A program made the translations under genes and the position numbers. From assembly GCA_963666565.1 (NCBI GenBank), contig OY762911.1:960001-1024000 (forward strand): a stretch of 64,000 bases of DNA, read 5' to 3'. This DNA is from Thermoanaerobaculia bacterium. GTDB lineage: Bacteria; Acidobacteriota; Thermoanaerobaculia; Multivoradales; Multivoraceae. Under the pieces are notes generated by a model. That model was not told the DNA's origin. It did no database searches and saw only the letters and a program-made list of their open reading frames with translations. Shown here piece after piece: positions 1 to 9,415 of this stretch (position 1 is its first letter; the number at the start of each line of letters is the position of its first letter).

Positions 1-572
1 TCGTCGTAGCGCCAGTGCCAGGGTTCCCAGTCGAAGCCGCCGGCGTTGCCCAGCGGGTAGCTCTCGGTGAAGCAGAAGTCGGCGGCGTGCCGCTTCAGCC
101 ACCGGTACGCGGGCGTGTCCTTGAAGTCGGCGTCGCTCGGCACGAAGTCGAGGGCGCGGCCGGTGATGTGCTCGGAGTAGCCGGGCGGCGCGGTCCAGCG
201 GACGGCGTTCAGGAACGGCCGCCCGCCCGCCAGGAGGCCTTCCAGGACCCGCTTCTGGAAGCCGTAGCTGCGGAAACCGGAGTCCACTTCCAGCCGGATG
301 CCCTGCTCCAGGGCGGCCGCCGCCATCGCGACGACGGCGTCGCGCGTTTCCGGGGTGACGTAGATGCCGAGCTCTCCGGCCAGTGCGTCAGGCACCTTCG
401 CGAGCTCCGCCGGGTCGGCGGCGTGGTCGATGCGGTTGCCCCGCCACGGCGGCGGCACGTCGTAGACGATGCCGTTCAGTTCGACCCGTTCGACCGCCGG
501 TTCTACCGGCTCCTGCGGCCGCGCGGCCCCGGGGAGCGCGTGGAGCAGAACGCAGAGCGCGGCGGCCGGCAA
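1..572 (-). CDS. M15B family D-Ala-D-Ala carboxypeptidase (VanY-like), 3' end runs off the window
   Basis: Manual minus-strand translation gives DSGFRSY...PPGYSEHITGRALDF...EPWHWRY and a hydrophobic N-terminus. Start uncertain (TTG 572, abutting a REP copy). Confidence 0.85.
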   Translation of the reverse strand, partial: MPAAALCVLLHALPGAARPQEPVEPAVERVELNGIVYDVPPPWRGNRIDHAADPAELAKVPDALAGELGIYVTPETRDAVVAMAAAALEQGIRLEVDSGFRSYGFQKRVLEGLLAGGRPFLNAVRWTAPPGYSEHITGRALDFVPSDADFKDTPAYRWLKRHAADFCFTESYPLGNAGGFDWEPWHWRYD

Positions 573-578
573 AGCGGA

Positions 579-650
579 GCCGGCCTGACGGCGGGCGCGT
601 CTTCCTGGCCGTCTTCGGCGGCAGCGGGTCGGAAGACCCGCGCACCCAGT
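579..650 (-). repeat. REP-like element, subtype A, with satellite hairpins
   Basis: Core GCGGGTCGGAAGACCCGCGCACCC at 624-647. Confidence 0.9.
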
Positions 651-758
651 GGGCGGCCAGTTCCATGCAAGCCGGCGCTGCGATTTCGCGGCGCGGGCTG
701 CTAGGATTCCAGTCTCTGCAAGCATCCCGGTCCATTCTTCCCGAACGAGGACTCAACC

Positions 759-1829
759 ATGCGCAAGCTCACCCTCGCCTCGCTCGCTCTCCTCGTCGCC
801 TTTCCGGCCCTGGCCGCGGAGGGAGACGGCATCAAGCGGATGCCGAACGGCAAGCCCGACCTCTCGGGCGTCTACGACGCAGGCACGATCACTCCGGTCG
901 ATCGCCCGCCGCAGTACGGCGACAACCTGTACCTGACGCCGGAGGAGGCGCAGGAGATGGAAGAGGAAAGGGACAGGCTCTGGCGGTCCCTCGAAGAGGA
1001 CCGGAAGGGCGGCGGCGCCGATCGGACCGCACCCAAGAAGGGCGGGGACGGCGACAACCGCTTCGGCGGCGGCGGCGTAGGCGGCTACAACGCCTTCTGG
1101 ATCGACCCCGGTTCCGAGGCGGTGATCGTGGACGGCAAGTTCCGCACCTCGATCATCTACGAGCCGAAGAACGGTCGGCGGCCCGCGATGACGCCGGCGG
1201 CCATGCGCCGGATGGCCACGAACTTCGCCTCGTTCATCCACGACAACGACGGCACCGCCTCCTGGCTGGACCAGGAAGGTCCCGGGCCGTTCGACGGTCC
1301 CGAGACCCTGGCCCTGGCCGAGCGCTGTCTGCTCGGGTTCGTCGGCGGACCGCCGCTGCTGCCCAGCCTGTACAACAACTACGCGCGGATCATGCAGACC
1401 GAGAACCACGTCGTCATCATGGCGGAGATGGTCCACGACGCCCGGATCGTCCGCATCGACGACGAGCACAGCCCCGAGGAGATCGACTGGTGGCTCGGCG
1501 ACGGCGTCGGTCACTGGGAGGGCGACACGCTCGTCGTCAACACGCGCAACTTCCGCAACCAGACGGGTCTCCCCGGCGGCAGCGAGACGATGCACGTGGA
1601 AGAGCGCTTCACCCGCACCGAGGACGGCAACCTGCTCTACCACTTCCGGGTCGACGACCCGGGCTCATGGACGGGACCGTGGGCCGGCGAGTACACCTGG
1701 CAGGCGAAGGACAGCCTCGTCTACGAGTACGCCTGCCACGAAGGCAACTACGCGATGGGCAACGTCCTGCGCGGCGCCCGGCTGCTCGAATCGGAGTACG
1801 ACCAGCCCCAGAGCACCGGCGGCGAGTAG
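759..1829 (+). CDS. Secreted conserved hypothetical protein (PDLSG...YEYACHEGNY type)
   Basis: GAGGA RBS, signal peptide, strong GC3 codon bias. Confidence 0.85.
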   Translation: MRKLTLASLALLVAFPALAAEGDGIKRMPNGKPDLSGVYDAGTITPVDRPPQYGDNLYLTPEEAQEMEEERDRLWRSLEEDRKGGGADRTAPKKGGDGDNRFGGGGVGGYNAFWIDPGSEAVIVDGKFRTSIIYEPKNGRRPAMTPAAMRRMATNFASFIHDNDGTASWLDQEGPGPFDGPETLALAERCLLGFVGGPPLLPSLYNNYARIMQTENHVVIMAEMVHDARIVRIDDEHSPEEIDWWLGDGVGHWEGDTLVVNTRNFRNQTGLPGGSETMHVEERFTRTEDGNLLYHFRVDDPGSWTGPWAGEYTWQAKDSLVYEYACHEGNYAMGNVLRGARLLESEYDQPQSTGGE

Positions 1830-1949
1830 AGAGCCGGAGCGCTGCACACTGGGGTGCGCCGGCGTGCCACCCGTGCACCCGCTGACGGACGCGCCGACCG
1901 GTTAGCGGGCTGCGCGGTAGCCGAAGCGCCACACGCCGCGGCCGCGGTC

Positions 1950-2912
1950 TCAGTCGTCGAGGCTGGCCCAGACGTAGCCGATCCAGACCGCTTCCGGCGA
2001 CAGCGGGCCGTTGCCGTAGGGCGCGTACTTCTCCGGCAGGCCGTCCTTCTGGACGTCCTCGAGCGACTTGCCGGCGCTCTTCTGCCTGTGGATGAAGTCG
2101 ATCGTCTCCGCGACGTAGTCGTGGTAGCGCTGCAAGTCGACCTTCGTCGCCAGCGGCCCGTGGCCGGGGATGATCTTCGTCTCGTCGTCGACGATGTCGA
2201 GCAACTGAGCCATGTTGTCGCGCAGGCCGAGCGCGCTGCCGCCGACGTCCCGGTCGATGTACGGGTAGCCGCCGAGGTTCGGGAACTGGTCGCCGGCGTG
2301 GACCACGTTCGAGTCGCGGAAGAAGATCGCCGCGTCGCCGTCCGTGTGCGCGGGGTTGCCGAAGTGGATCACGTCGATCGCCTCGCCGTTCCAGTGCAGC
2401 GTGACGCTCTCGTTGAACGTCACGATCGGCAGCGCCTCGGGCGGGAACGGCGTCGCCGAGAAGTTGGCGCCGGCGTGCCGGTTCTCCAGCAGCCGCTTGC
2501 GCACGTTCGCGTGCGCGACGATCGCGGAGTCGGCCCCGAAGGCCGCGTTGCCGCCCGCGTGGTCGAAGTGGTAGTGCGAGTTGACGACGAAATCGATCCT
2601 GCCTTCCTGGATCTCCGCCACCGCCGCCTTGATCTTGGGCGCCACCGGGATCATCCCGTCGTCGACGATCAGGATGCCGTCCTCGCCCGCGGAGACGGCG
2701 AGGTTGCCTACCCGGCCGGGCCCGGGCAGGAGCAGATGGACCGTGTCGCTCAACCGGGTGCGTTCCCAAACGGTCTGTTCGCCTGCCAGTTCGCCCCAGG
2801 CGTCGATGTCGAGCTGGGCCGCGGCCGGGGTGGCCATGCCGGCGGCCAGCGCCGCGATCGCGAGGCCAAGGAAGGCCGGACGAGTGCAGTTCTTCGAGCT
2901 TTCTTCGATCAT
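1950..2912 (-). CDS. Secreted MBL-fold metallo-hydrolase
   Basis: SHYHFDHAGGN, AHTDGD, HAGD and IPGHG motifs; GGAGAG RBS before ATG 2912. Confidence 0.9.
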   Translation of the reverse strand: MIEESSKNCTRPAFLGLAIAALAAGMATPAAAQLDIDAWGELAGEQTVWERTRLSDTVHLLLPGPGRVGNLAVSAGEDGILIVDDGMIPVAPKIKAAVAEIQEGRIDFVVNSHYHFDHAGGNAAFGADSAIVAHANVRKRLLENRHAGANFSATPFPPEALPIVTFNESVTLHWNGEAIDVIHFGNPAHTDGDAAIFFRDSNVVHAGDQFPNLGGYPYIDRDVGGSALGLRDNMAQLLDIVDDETKIIPGHGPLATKVDLQRYHDYVAETIDFIHRQKSAGKSLEDVQKDGLPEKYAPYGNGPLSPEAVWIGYVWASLDD

Positions 2913-2979
2913 CGTTTCTCTCCGCGTTCGGTTGCCCTCACTGCCAACCCTACTCCTACCGCGCGGCGCCGCCGTACCG

Positions 2980-3142
2980 CTGGGTGCGGCTGGGTGTGGC
3001 TGGGTGTGCGGGTCTTCCGACCCGCTGCCGCCGGAGGCGGCCGACGAAATCGTCGCCGGCCTTTGGCCGGCGGCCTGTTTCTCCGGGCTGCACCGCTTCG
3101 CGGTTTCGCCCGTGGGCGGGTCGGAAGACCCGCGCACCCAGC
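2980..3142. repeat. REPIN-like doublet (two inverted subtype A cores) with stuttered head
   Basis: Cores at ~3002-3025 (+) and 3116-3140 (-); internal GCCGGCC-TTT-GGCCGGC and CCGC-TTC-GCGG hairpins. Confidence 0.9.
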
Positions 3143-3148
3143 GGAGAG

Positions 3149-3793
3149 TCACCGTCGCGAAGACGGCTGCAAGCCCCGGGTCTCCGCCGTCGAAACCAAC
3201 GTGACCGGCCCCTTCGCGCCCTCGATCACCGCCGTCATCTCGGGCTCTCCCGCCGACACTGCGACGTTCAGCCCGAGACCCGCCAGCACCGCACCGAGTT
3301 CCGCCGCATCCGGCGTCGAGATCCCGAACGACACCAACTCCCCGCCAACAGGCGTCGTCGTTGCCGGATGCGGAGACTCCCGCCAGTCGATGAAGAAGGG
3401 CATCCCGTAGCCGCCCCCCTGCGGGAACAGCAGGTCCCAGATCAGCAGCCCTCCGTCCGCCGTGCGCCGACGCGTCTCCACCGGACCGGCAGACGAGATT
3501 CCGGCCTCTTCCAGCAGCCCCTTCGTGACGACGAGATCGCCCTGCGCCGCCCAGGTCACGAGCCCCCCGCCGCTCATCGCGGCCATCCCCGCGACCATCT
3601 GGCTCTCGACCGACTGGGCCGGATCCGGCGCGATGATCTCGAGGTACGTGTCACCCAAGCTCAGCAGGGCATTGCGCGTACCGAGCCCCTCATGCGAGCC
3701 GCCGAACACCGGCGCCACGCCGAAGACGTCCGCCGCCCAGGCCATACCCTCGTCGAGGTCGGCGACCGCGTACATGAAATGGTCGATCCTCAT
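3149..3793 (-). CDS. VOC/glyoxalase-like protein
   Basis: MRIDHF...GGSHEGLGTRNALL...YLEIIAPDP...PFFIDW. Confidence 0.85.
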   Translation of the reverse strand: MRIDHFMYAVADLDEGMAWAADVFGVAPVFGGSHEGLGTRNALLSLGDTYLEIIAPDPAQSVESQMVAGMAAMSGGGLVTWAAQGDLVVTKGLLEEAGISSAGPVETRRRTADGGLLIWDLLFPQGGGYGMPFFIDWRESPHPATTTPVGGELVSFGISTPDAAELGAVLAGLGLNVAVSAGEPEMTAVIEGAKGPVTLVSTAETRGLQPSSRR

Positions 3794-3950
3794 CTTGCTG
3801 CTCCCATCGCTGTTCTCGGGCAGAAGCCGGGACTCCCCCTCGCCGCCGTCGCCGGCGTATCCCCAGCCCAAGAGAAACAGGACGACGACAACGGTCGTCC
3901 TTTACCACGAAAGCAGTCTACGACCACTCCGAACCAGTTGAGGACCTGCC

Positions 3951-4322
3951 ATGAAACAGTCCATTCTGATCGCCGCCGCCGTCGCCCTTGCCTTCGCGCC
4001 CGCAGCCCTGGCCGCCGACAACGCACCCGTCCTCGGCAAGTGGACGTCGATGACCGAAACGCCCCAGGGCACCTTCGAGGTCGTGTACGAGTTCACGGAA
4101 GTCGACGGCGAGCTCAAGGGCGCCTGGAGCAACCCGCGCCGGAACGGCGACCTGACGAACGTGTCCTGGGACGGCGAGACGCTCAAGTTCGGCCGGGAGG
4201 TCGGAAGGGGCGGCCAGACCTTCAACCTCAACTTCGAGGCGACGGTCGACGCCGACGCGATGACCGGCAAGATGATCACTCCCCGCGGCGAGCGCGAGTT
4301 CACGGCGACCCGCAACAAGTAG
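3951..4322 (+). CDS. Small secreted hypothetical protein
   Basis: GAGGA RBS, signal peptide, beta-rich GKW... body. Confidence 0.8.
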   Translation: MKQSILIAAAVALAFAPAALAADNAPVLGKWTSMTETPQGTFEVVYEFTEVDGELKGAWSNPRRNGDLTNVSWDGETLKFGREVGRGGQTFNLNFEATVDADAMTGKMITPRGEREFTATRNK

Positions 4323-4364
4323 GAGGCTCGCGGTCGGCCGGCGCCTTCGGCGCCGGAGCCGGGT

Positions 4365-4532
4365 GGTCGCCGCCCGTTGGCCGGCGGCTGCTTTCGTGGG
4401 GCTCCGCCCCAGGCGGGTCGGAAGACCCGCGCACCCGGCGCAGATCGCGGGCTGTCCCACACTGGGTGCGCGGGTCTTCCGACCCGCTGCCGCCGGAGGC
4501 GGCCAGAAAGACGCGCCGCGAAGCGGCGACGG
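4365..4532. repeat. Cluster of two REP-like subtype A cores between convergent genes
   Basis: Cores at 4413-4436 (-) and 4464-4487 (+) with satellite hairpins. Confidence 0.9.
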
Positions 4533-4537
4533 CTCTC

Positions 4538-5614
4538 CTACTCCAGATGCTTCTTCAGGAACGCGCTCACCTCCGCGAACACGTCCTCCGACTCCGGCGA
4601 CCCTACGAGGATCAGGTAGTCCGCGTGGGCAACTCCCTCGTAGACGTGCAGGTCGGCCACGACTCCGGCGGCTCGTAGCTTGCGGTGCGTCCGCGCCGTA
4701 TCGCTAAGGAACATGTCGCGCGTGCCGGTGATCAGGTACGTCGGCGGGAACCCCTCGAAGTCGCCGTAGACGGGCGAGATCAGCGGATCCTTCATGTCGT
4801 GTCCGTCGGCGTAGAGCCGCGCCGCCGCGCCGAGGAACCCGTCGTAGGTGACCAGGATGCGGTCCAGCCCTTCGTTCGTGAACAGGCTGTCGCTGGTCTT
4901 GGTCAGGTCGGCCCAGGGCGTTCCGGCATAGATCGCTCCCGGTACATCGAGACCCAGGGCGATGAAGCGGTGAACCGCCGCCAGCGACAACCCGCCGCCC
5001 GCCGACGTACCGCCGATGGCGATGGACTTCGCGGACCGGCTCTCCAGCAGGTGATCGTAGACCGTGACCACGTCCTCGACCGCGGCCGGGAACGGGTGCT
5101 CCGGCGGCATGCGGTAGTCCACGGAAAGGGCCGCGATTCCCGCGCGGGACGCGACCATGGCCGCCTCGGTGACGGAGGCGTCGCCGCCGTTGAGCACGTA
5201 CCCGCCGCCGTGTACGTGCAGGAAGAGATGCTCCGCGTGCCGGGGATGGACTTTCTCGGGCGTCACCCGGTAGACCGTCACGTCCTCGATCTCGTCCTTC
5301 TCGATCGAGACGCCGAACCCGCTCGCGATCTGGTCGAGGTTGGCGTTGGCCGTCGCCTTCTGCATCACGAGCCACTGTTCGTCGCTCTGCGGCGTCTGCT
5401 GCTTCGACGCGGCGACGCTGGGGGCGGGCGTCGCGGCGAGCGCCGCCCGGAGCTGCTCGCTGGCGCCGGATGGCGGCGGCACGACCCGCTCGCCGACGTT
5501 CCAGGCGCCGGACTCCTGGGCTGTTGCGGGCTGTGGGCCAGCGACCGCGAACGCCGTGGCCATCGTCAACGCCAGCGGAACGGCGAGTGCGGTTCGGGAC
5601 TTGAATCTCTTCAC
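4538..5614 (-). CDS. Secreted HSL-family alpha/beta hydrolase (esterase)
   Basis: HGGGY oxyanion motif, GTSAGG nucleophile motif, D...H; GTG start after GGAGGG. Confidence 0.9.
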   Translation of the reverse strand: MKRFKSRTALAVPLALTMATAFAVAGPQPATAQESGAWNVGERVVPPPSGASEQLRAALAATPAPSVAASKQQTPQSDEQWLVMQKATANANLDQIASGFGVSIEKDEIEDVTVYRVTPEKVHPRHAEHLFLHVHGGGYVLNGGDASVTEAAMVASRAGIAALSVDYRMPPEHPFPAAVEDVVTVYDHLLESRSAKSIAIGGTSAGGGLSLAAVHRFIALGLDVPGAIYAGTPWADLTKTSDSLFTNEGLDRILVTYDGFLGAAARLYADGHDMKDPLISPVYGDFEGFPPTYLITGTRDMFLSDTARTHRKLRAAGVVADLHVYEGVAHADYLILVGSPESEDVFAEVSAFLKKHLE

Positions 5615-5666
5615 GGGGCTTTCTCCCTCCAGCGAATGCAGTGAGCCGCCGACGATACCCTCTGTC

Positions 5667-5732
5667 GGTGCGCGGGTCTTCCGACGCGCTGCCGCCGAAG
5701 GCGGCGAACTGAACGCGCCGCGAAGCGGCGAC
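5667..5732 (+). repeat. REP-like element subtype A
   Basis: GGTGCGCGGGTCTTCCGACGCGC + GCCGCCGAAGGCGGC + CCGCGAAGCGG. Confidence 0.85.
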
Positions 5733-5774
5733 CTTGTTGCGGAGTCCGGCTCCGACCCGCAAGAAAGGACCACG

Positions 5775-6314
5775 ATGGCTCGACTCCCCTACCTGGACGT
5801 GGACGATCTCGCTCCCGAGGACCGCAGGCTCCTCGATCCGCCGCTCAACCTCTTCCGGGTCCTCGCGTACTGCCCCGCCGGCGCCCGCGCCTTCGGCCGT
5901 CTGGGCCTCTGGATTCGCTTCAAGACGAAGCTCGATCCGCGCCTGCGCCAGATGGCGATCCTCCGCGTCGGCGCCGTCACCCGCACCGGCTACGAGTACA
6001 GCCACCACATCGAACTCGGCCGCGAGTTCGGTCTCTCGGACGACGACATCCGGGCCGTCGTCGCTGGGCCGGAGGACGAGTCGCTGACCGAGGTCGAACG
6101 GCTCGTCGTCGCCGCGGCCGACGAGATGACGACCGGTCTCGGCATCGGCGCCGAGACCTTCAAGGCGTTGCGGGGCCACCTCGACGAGGGAATGATGGTC
6201 GAGTTGACGATGACCCTCTCCTACTACAACGGCGTCGTTCGGATGCTGAACTCGCTGGACATCGACGTCGAGCCCGACTACGAGCGCTACCTGGAGGAGT
6301 TCCCGCTACGGTAG
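5775..6314 (+). CDS. Carboxymuconolactone decarboxylase/AhpD-like protein (copy 1)
   Basis: LDPRLRQMAILRVG...YEYSHH...G.S; AAGGA RBS. Confidence 0.85.
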   Translation: MARLPYLDVDDLAPEDRRLLDPPLNLFRVLAYCPAGARAFGRLGLWIRFKTKLDPRLRQMAILRVGAVTRTGYEYSHHIELGREFGLSDDDIRAVVAGPEDESLTEVERLVVAAADEMTTGLGIGAETFKALRGHLDEGMMVELTMTLSYYNGVVRMLNSLDIDVEPDYERYLEEFPLR

Positions 6315-6380
6315 GGAGTACCGCCCTCGGCGCTCCGTTGCCCGCCCGCGACTGCGTCGCCCACCCGCGCCGCCGCACAC

Positions 6381-6450
6381 TGGGTGCGCCGGCGTCCCCG
6401 CCGGCTGCCGCCGCAGGCGGCTGGAAGGACGCGCCGCGAAGCGGCGACGA
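6381..6450 (+). repeat. REP-like element subtype B
   Basis: GGGTGC-GCCGGCG-TCCC-CGCCGGC plus satellite hairpins. Confidence 0.9.
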
Positions 6451-6466
6451 TGGAGGTTCCGGATCG

Positions 6467-7282
6467 ATGAAGACGCCTTTGGAGCAGACCCCCTCGGCCG
6501 GGGACCGGATCGACTTCCGCGGCCGCACCGCCGTCGTGACCGGCGGCGGCGCCCGAGGAGACGGCATCGGCAACGGCCGCGCCGCCGCCATCCTCCTGGC
6601 CCGCGCCGGCGCGGAGGTCGTCGTCGTGGACCGGGACGAAGAAGCCGCCCGAGGCACGGTCGAGATGATCGAGAACGAGGGCGGCGCCTCCCGCCTCTTC
6701 ATCGGCGACGTGACCAGCGAAGACGACTGCTCGGCCCTGGCGGCCTTCGCCGGCGAAACGTCCGCGCCGCCCACCGTGCTGATCAACAATGTCGGCATCG
6801 GCGCGCCCGGCACCGTCCTCGACACCGAGCCCGAGTTGTGGGACCGGGTGATGAAGGTCAACGTCCGGTCGATGGTCCAGGCGTCCCGCGCCCTGATTCC
6901 GGGGATGGCCGAGGCCGGCGGCGGCGCCATCGTCAACATCAGCTCCATCTCCGCCATCCGTCCCAAGGGCCTCACCCCCTACTCGGCGTCGAAGGGCGCT
7001 GTCATCTCGCTGACCCGGGCGATGGCCGTCGACCACGCCGGGGCTGGCATCCGCGTCAACGCGGTGCTGCCCGGGCCGGTCTGGACGCCGATGGTCCAGC
7101 GCCCGACGATGACCCCCGAAATCCGCGAGCGGCGCAAGAACGCCTCGGCGCTGCGGATCGAAGGAACAGGCTGGGACGTCGGTCGCGCCGTCGTCTTCCT
7201 TGCCTCCGAACACGCCCGCTACATCACCGGCCAGGCGCTGGTCGTCGACGGCGGCGTCACCGTGCTGTCCCCCGTCCGCTGA
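6467..7282 (+). CDS. SDR oxidoreductase
   Basis: TGGG...GIGNG, NNVG, YSASK; GGAGG RBS. Confidence 0.92.
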   Translation: MKTPLEQTPSAGDRIDFRGRTAVVTGGGARGDGIGNGRAAAILLARAGAEVVVVDRDEEAARGTVEMIENEGGASRLFIGDVTSEDDCSALAAFAGETSAPPTVLINNVGIGAPGTVLDTEPELWDRVMKVNVRSMVQASRALIPGMAEAGGGAIVNISSISAIRPKGLTPYSASKGAVISLTRAMAVDHAGAGIRVNAVLPGPVWTPMVQRPTMTPEIRERRKNASALRIEGTGWDVGRAVVFLASEHARYITGQALVVDGGVTVLSPVR

Positions 7283-7313
7283 CCGGCGCCGGCGTCTCGG
7301 GCCTGCCTCCGCT

Positions 7314-7405
7314 ATCGTCGCCGGCCATGGGCCGGCGGCCCGTTGTTCGGGCTGTGCCGCTCCGCGGCGCCGCCCGTGGGCGGGTCGGAAGACCCGCGCA
7401 CCCAG
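7314..7405 (-). repeat. Half-REPIN, subtype A
   Basis: Core at 7380-7403 preceded by the same spacer as the 2980-3142 doublet. Confidence 0.88.
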
Positions 7406-7442
7406 CGCGCCCGGTGGCTGTTCCATGCAAGAGAGGATCAAG

Positions 7443-7983
7443 ATGGCTCGACTCCCCTACCTCGACGTGGACGATCTGGCGCCCGAAGACCGGCAAACTG
7501 CTCGACCGCCCGATCAACCTGGCGCGGATGCTCGCCCACAGCCCCGCCGGGACGCGCGCCTTTCGCCACACGGGCGGCTGGATCCGCTTCAAGTCCCGCT
7601 TCGACTCGCGGCTGCGCGAGATGGCCATCCTGCGGATCGGCGTCATCACCCGCACCGACTACGAGTACAGCCACCACATCGAATTCGGCCGCCAGTTCGG
7701 GATGTCCGACGACGACATCCGCGCCGTCATCGCGGGGCCGGAAGCCGCGGAGCTCCCGGAACTCGAACGCCTCGTCCTCACCGCCGCCGACGAAGTGACC
7801 GAGGATCTCAGCATCAGCACCGAGACCTTCGACGCGCTACGCCGTCACCTCGACGCCGAACTCCTCGTCGAACTGACGATCATCGTCTCCTACTACAACG
7901 CCGTCGTGCGCCTTCTCCGGTCGCTGGAGATCGACGTCGAGCCCGGCTACGACCGCTACCTGGAGGAGTTCCCGCTGCCGTAG
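7443..7983 (+). pseudogene. CMD/AhpD-like paralogue (copy 2) with a +1 frameshift near 7491-7497
   Basis: 541 nt versus 540 nt for copy 1; MARLPYLDVDDLAPEDR lies in one frame and the rest in another. Confidence 0.8.
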
Positions 7984-8018
7984 CTCCCCCGCCTCCCTTC
8001 GATGGTGGCAGGGGTGTC

Positions 8019-8088
8019 GGTGCGCGGGTCTTCTGACCCGCTGCCGCCGTAGGGCGGCCAGAGGGACGCGCCGCGAAGCGGCGACGAC
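8019..8088 (+). repeat. REP-like element subtype A
   Basis: GGTGCGCGGGTCTTCTGACCCGC plus satellite hairpins. Confidence 0.9.
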
Positions 8089-8176
8089 AGCCGGTGGACC
8101 GCCGGGTTTGGCGACGGCGTAGGATAAGCAGGCTCGTTGGCTGGCCGTAACACAGGACTTCAGACACGGGGCGACC

Positions 8177-9415
8177 ATGCTTGAGAGGCTGGCAGTACGC
8201 GACTTCAAGTCGCTGGTGGATGTGACCGTGAAGTTCCCGCGGCTCGCGGTTCTCTTCGGTCCGAACGCGGCCGGCAAGAGCAACCTGCTGGACGCGATCA
8301 CCGCGCTGTCCTGGATCGGCAACGCACGGACACTCTCGGATGTGCTCGGAGGCCCGATGCCGCTGCGCGGCTACGCTCTGGAGAGCTTCTCGTTCCCGGC
8401 CGGCGGCCTGCCCGCGCTCCTGAAGAAGCGCGAGGCGCAGTTCTCGATGGAAGCGGACCTCGTCGTAGGCGCGGAGCGCTACCGGTATCGCGCTGCTCCG
8501 AAGATCGACTTCGCGTCCGGGCGGTTGAAGGTGGCCGACGAGTATCTGGCCCTCCTGACGAAGACGGGCAAGGCGAAGGGAAAGCCTGCCATCGAGCGCG
8601 TCGACTCGAAGCTCCATGTGCGGCGCAAGGGCAAGCCCGCCCACCCTCGCCAGGAACCGGTCGGCATGAACCACACGATCCTGTCGGACCGGAGCCTCGC
8701 CGGGGACGAGTATCGGTGGCTGGATGCGGTCCGCCAGGAGCTCGGCGAGTGGTGCACCCACTATCTGGATCCCGGTCTCGCAATGAGGGTTCCGCGACCG
8801 CCGGCGGACGTCCTCGACGTGGGAGCGCATGGCGAGAACATCGCACCGTTTCTCTACAAGCTCCGCGCCGAGGAGCCGAAACGCTTCGCTGCCGTTTCCC
8901 GGACGCTCCGGACGATCGTGCCAAGCGTGGAATCCCTTGCCGTGCAACTCGACGAGCGTCGAGGCACTCTCGACATCCTGATCCGTCAGTCTGGCGTGGA
9001 GTACTCCTCTCGCATCGTCTCCGAAGGGACGCTCCGAGTCCTGGCCCTGTGTGCGATCGCCGTCAACCCATGGGCGGCTTCGTTGCTCGCCTTCGAGGAA
9101 CCCGAGAACGGCGTTCACCCTCGGCGGCTTGAACTCATCGCGCGGCTCTTGGCTTCGCTGGCGCTCGAGGAGGGCCGTCAGGTAATCGTCACCACGCATT
9201 CGCCTCTGTTCTGCGATGCCGTGCTGAAGCTCGGATCCTCAGCGGGGGATGACATTGGCCTGTTCAACGTTCGCCGTGTCGATCAGGCCACGGCGGTCGA
9301 GCGGTTCGACCCGACGCCGATGTTCAAGGACCAGGAGATCGCATCCGCCTTGTCCAACTCGGCGGAGGACGGCCTGTTCGAAAGCCTGCTGCTGCGAGGT
9401 CTGATCGATGAGTGA
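8177..9415 (+). CDS. ABC-type ATPase (AAA_21/AAA_15-like), defence-associated type
   Basis: FKSL, Walker A GPNAAGKS, SEGT signature, FEEPENGVHP Walker B/D-loop, VTTHSP. Confidence 0.9.
   Translation: MLERLAVRDFKSLVDVTVKFPRLAVLFGPNAAGKSNLLDAITALSWIGNARTLSDVLGGPMPLRGYALESFSFPAGGLPALLKKREAQFSMEADLVVGAERYRYRAAPKIDFASGRLKVADEYLALLTKTGKAKGKPAIERVDSKLHVRRKGKPAHPRQEPVGMNHTILSDRSLAGDEYRWLDAVRQELGEWCTHYLDPGLAMRVPRPPADVLDVGAHGENIAPFLYKLRAEEPKRFAAVSRTLRTIVPSVESLAVQLDERRGTLDILIRQSGVEYSSRIVSEGTLRVLALCAIAVNPWAASLLAFEEPENGVHPRRLELIARLLASLALEEGRQVIVTTHSPLFCDAVLKLGSSAGDDIGLFNVRRVDQATAVERFDPTPMFKDQEIASALSNSAEDGLFESLLLRGLIDE

Noticed and set aside
1-572. Vancomycin resistance locus
   Set aside because: Lone M15B peptidase; no vanHAX or vanRS in the window.
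1849-1880. Additional REP copy
   Set aside because: Only the head and left arm (GGGTGCGCCGGCG) remain; too degenerate to count.
2984-4707. GSEDPRT / VRGSSDP / CAGLPTR as a repeated protein domain
   Set aside because: These are translations of the DNA repeat in different frames; conservation is at the hairpin level.
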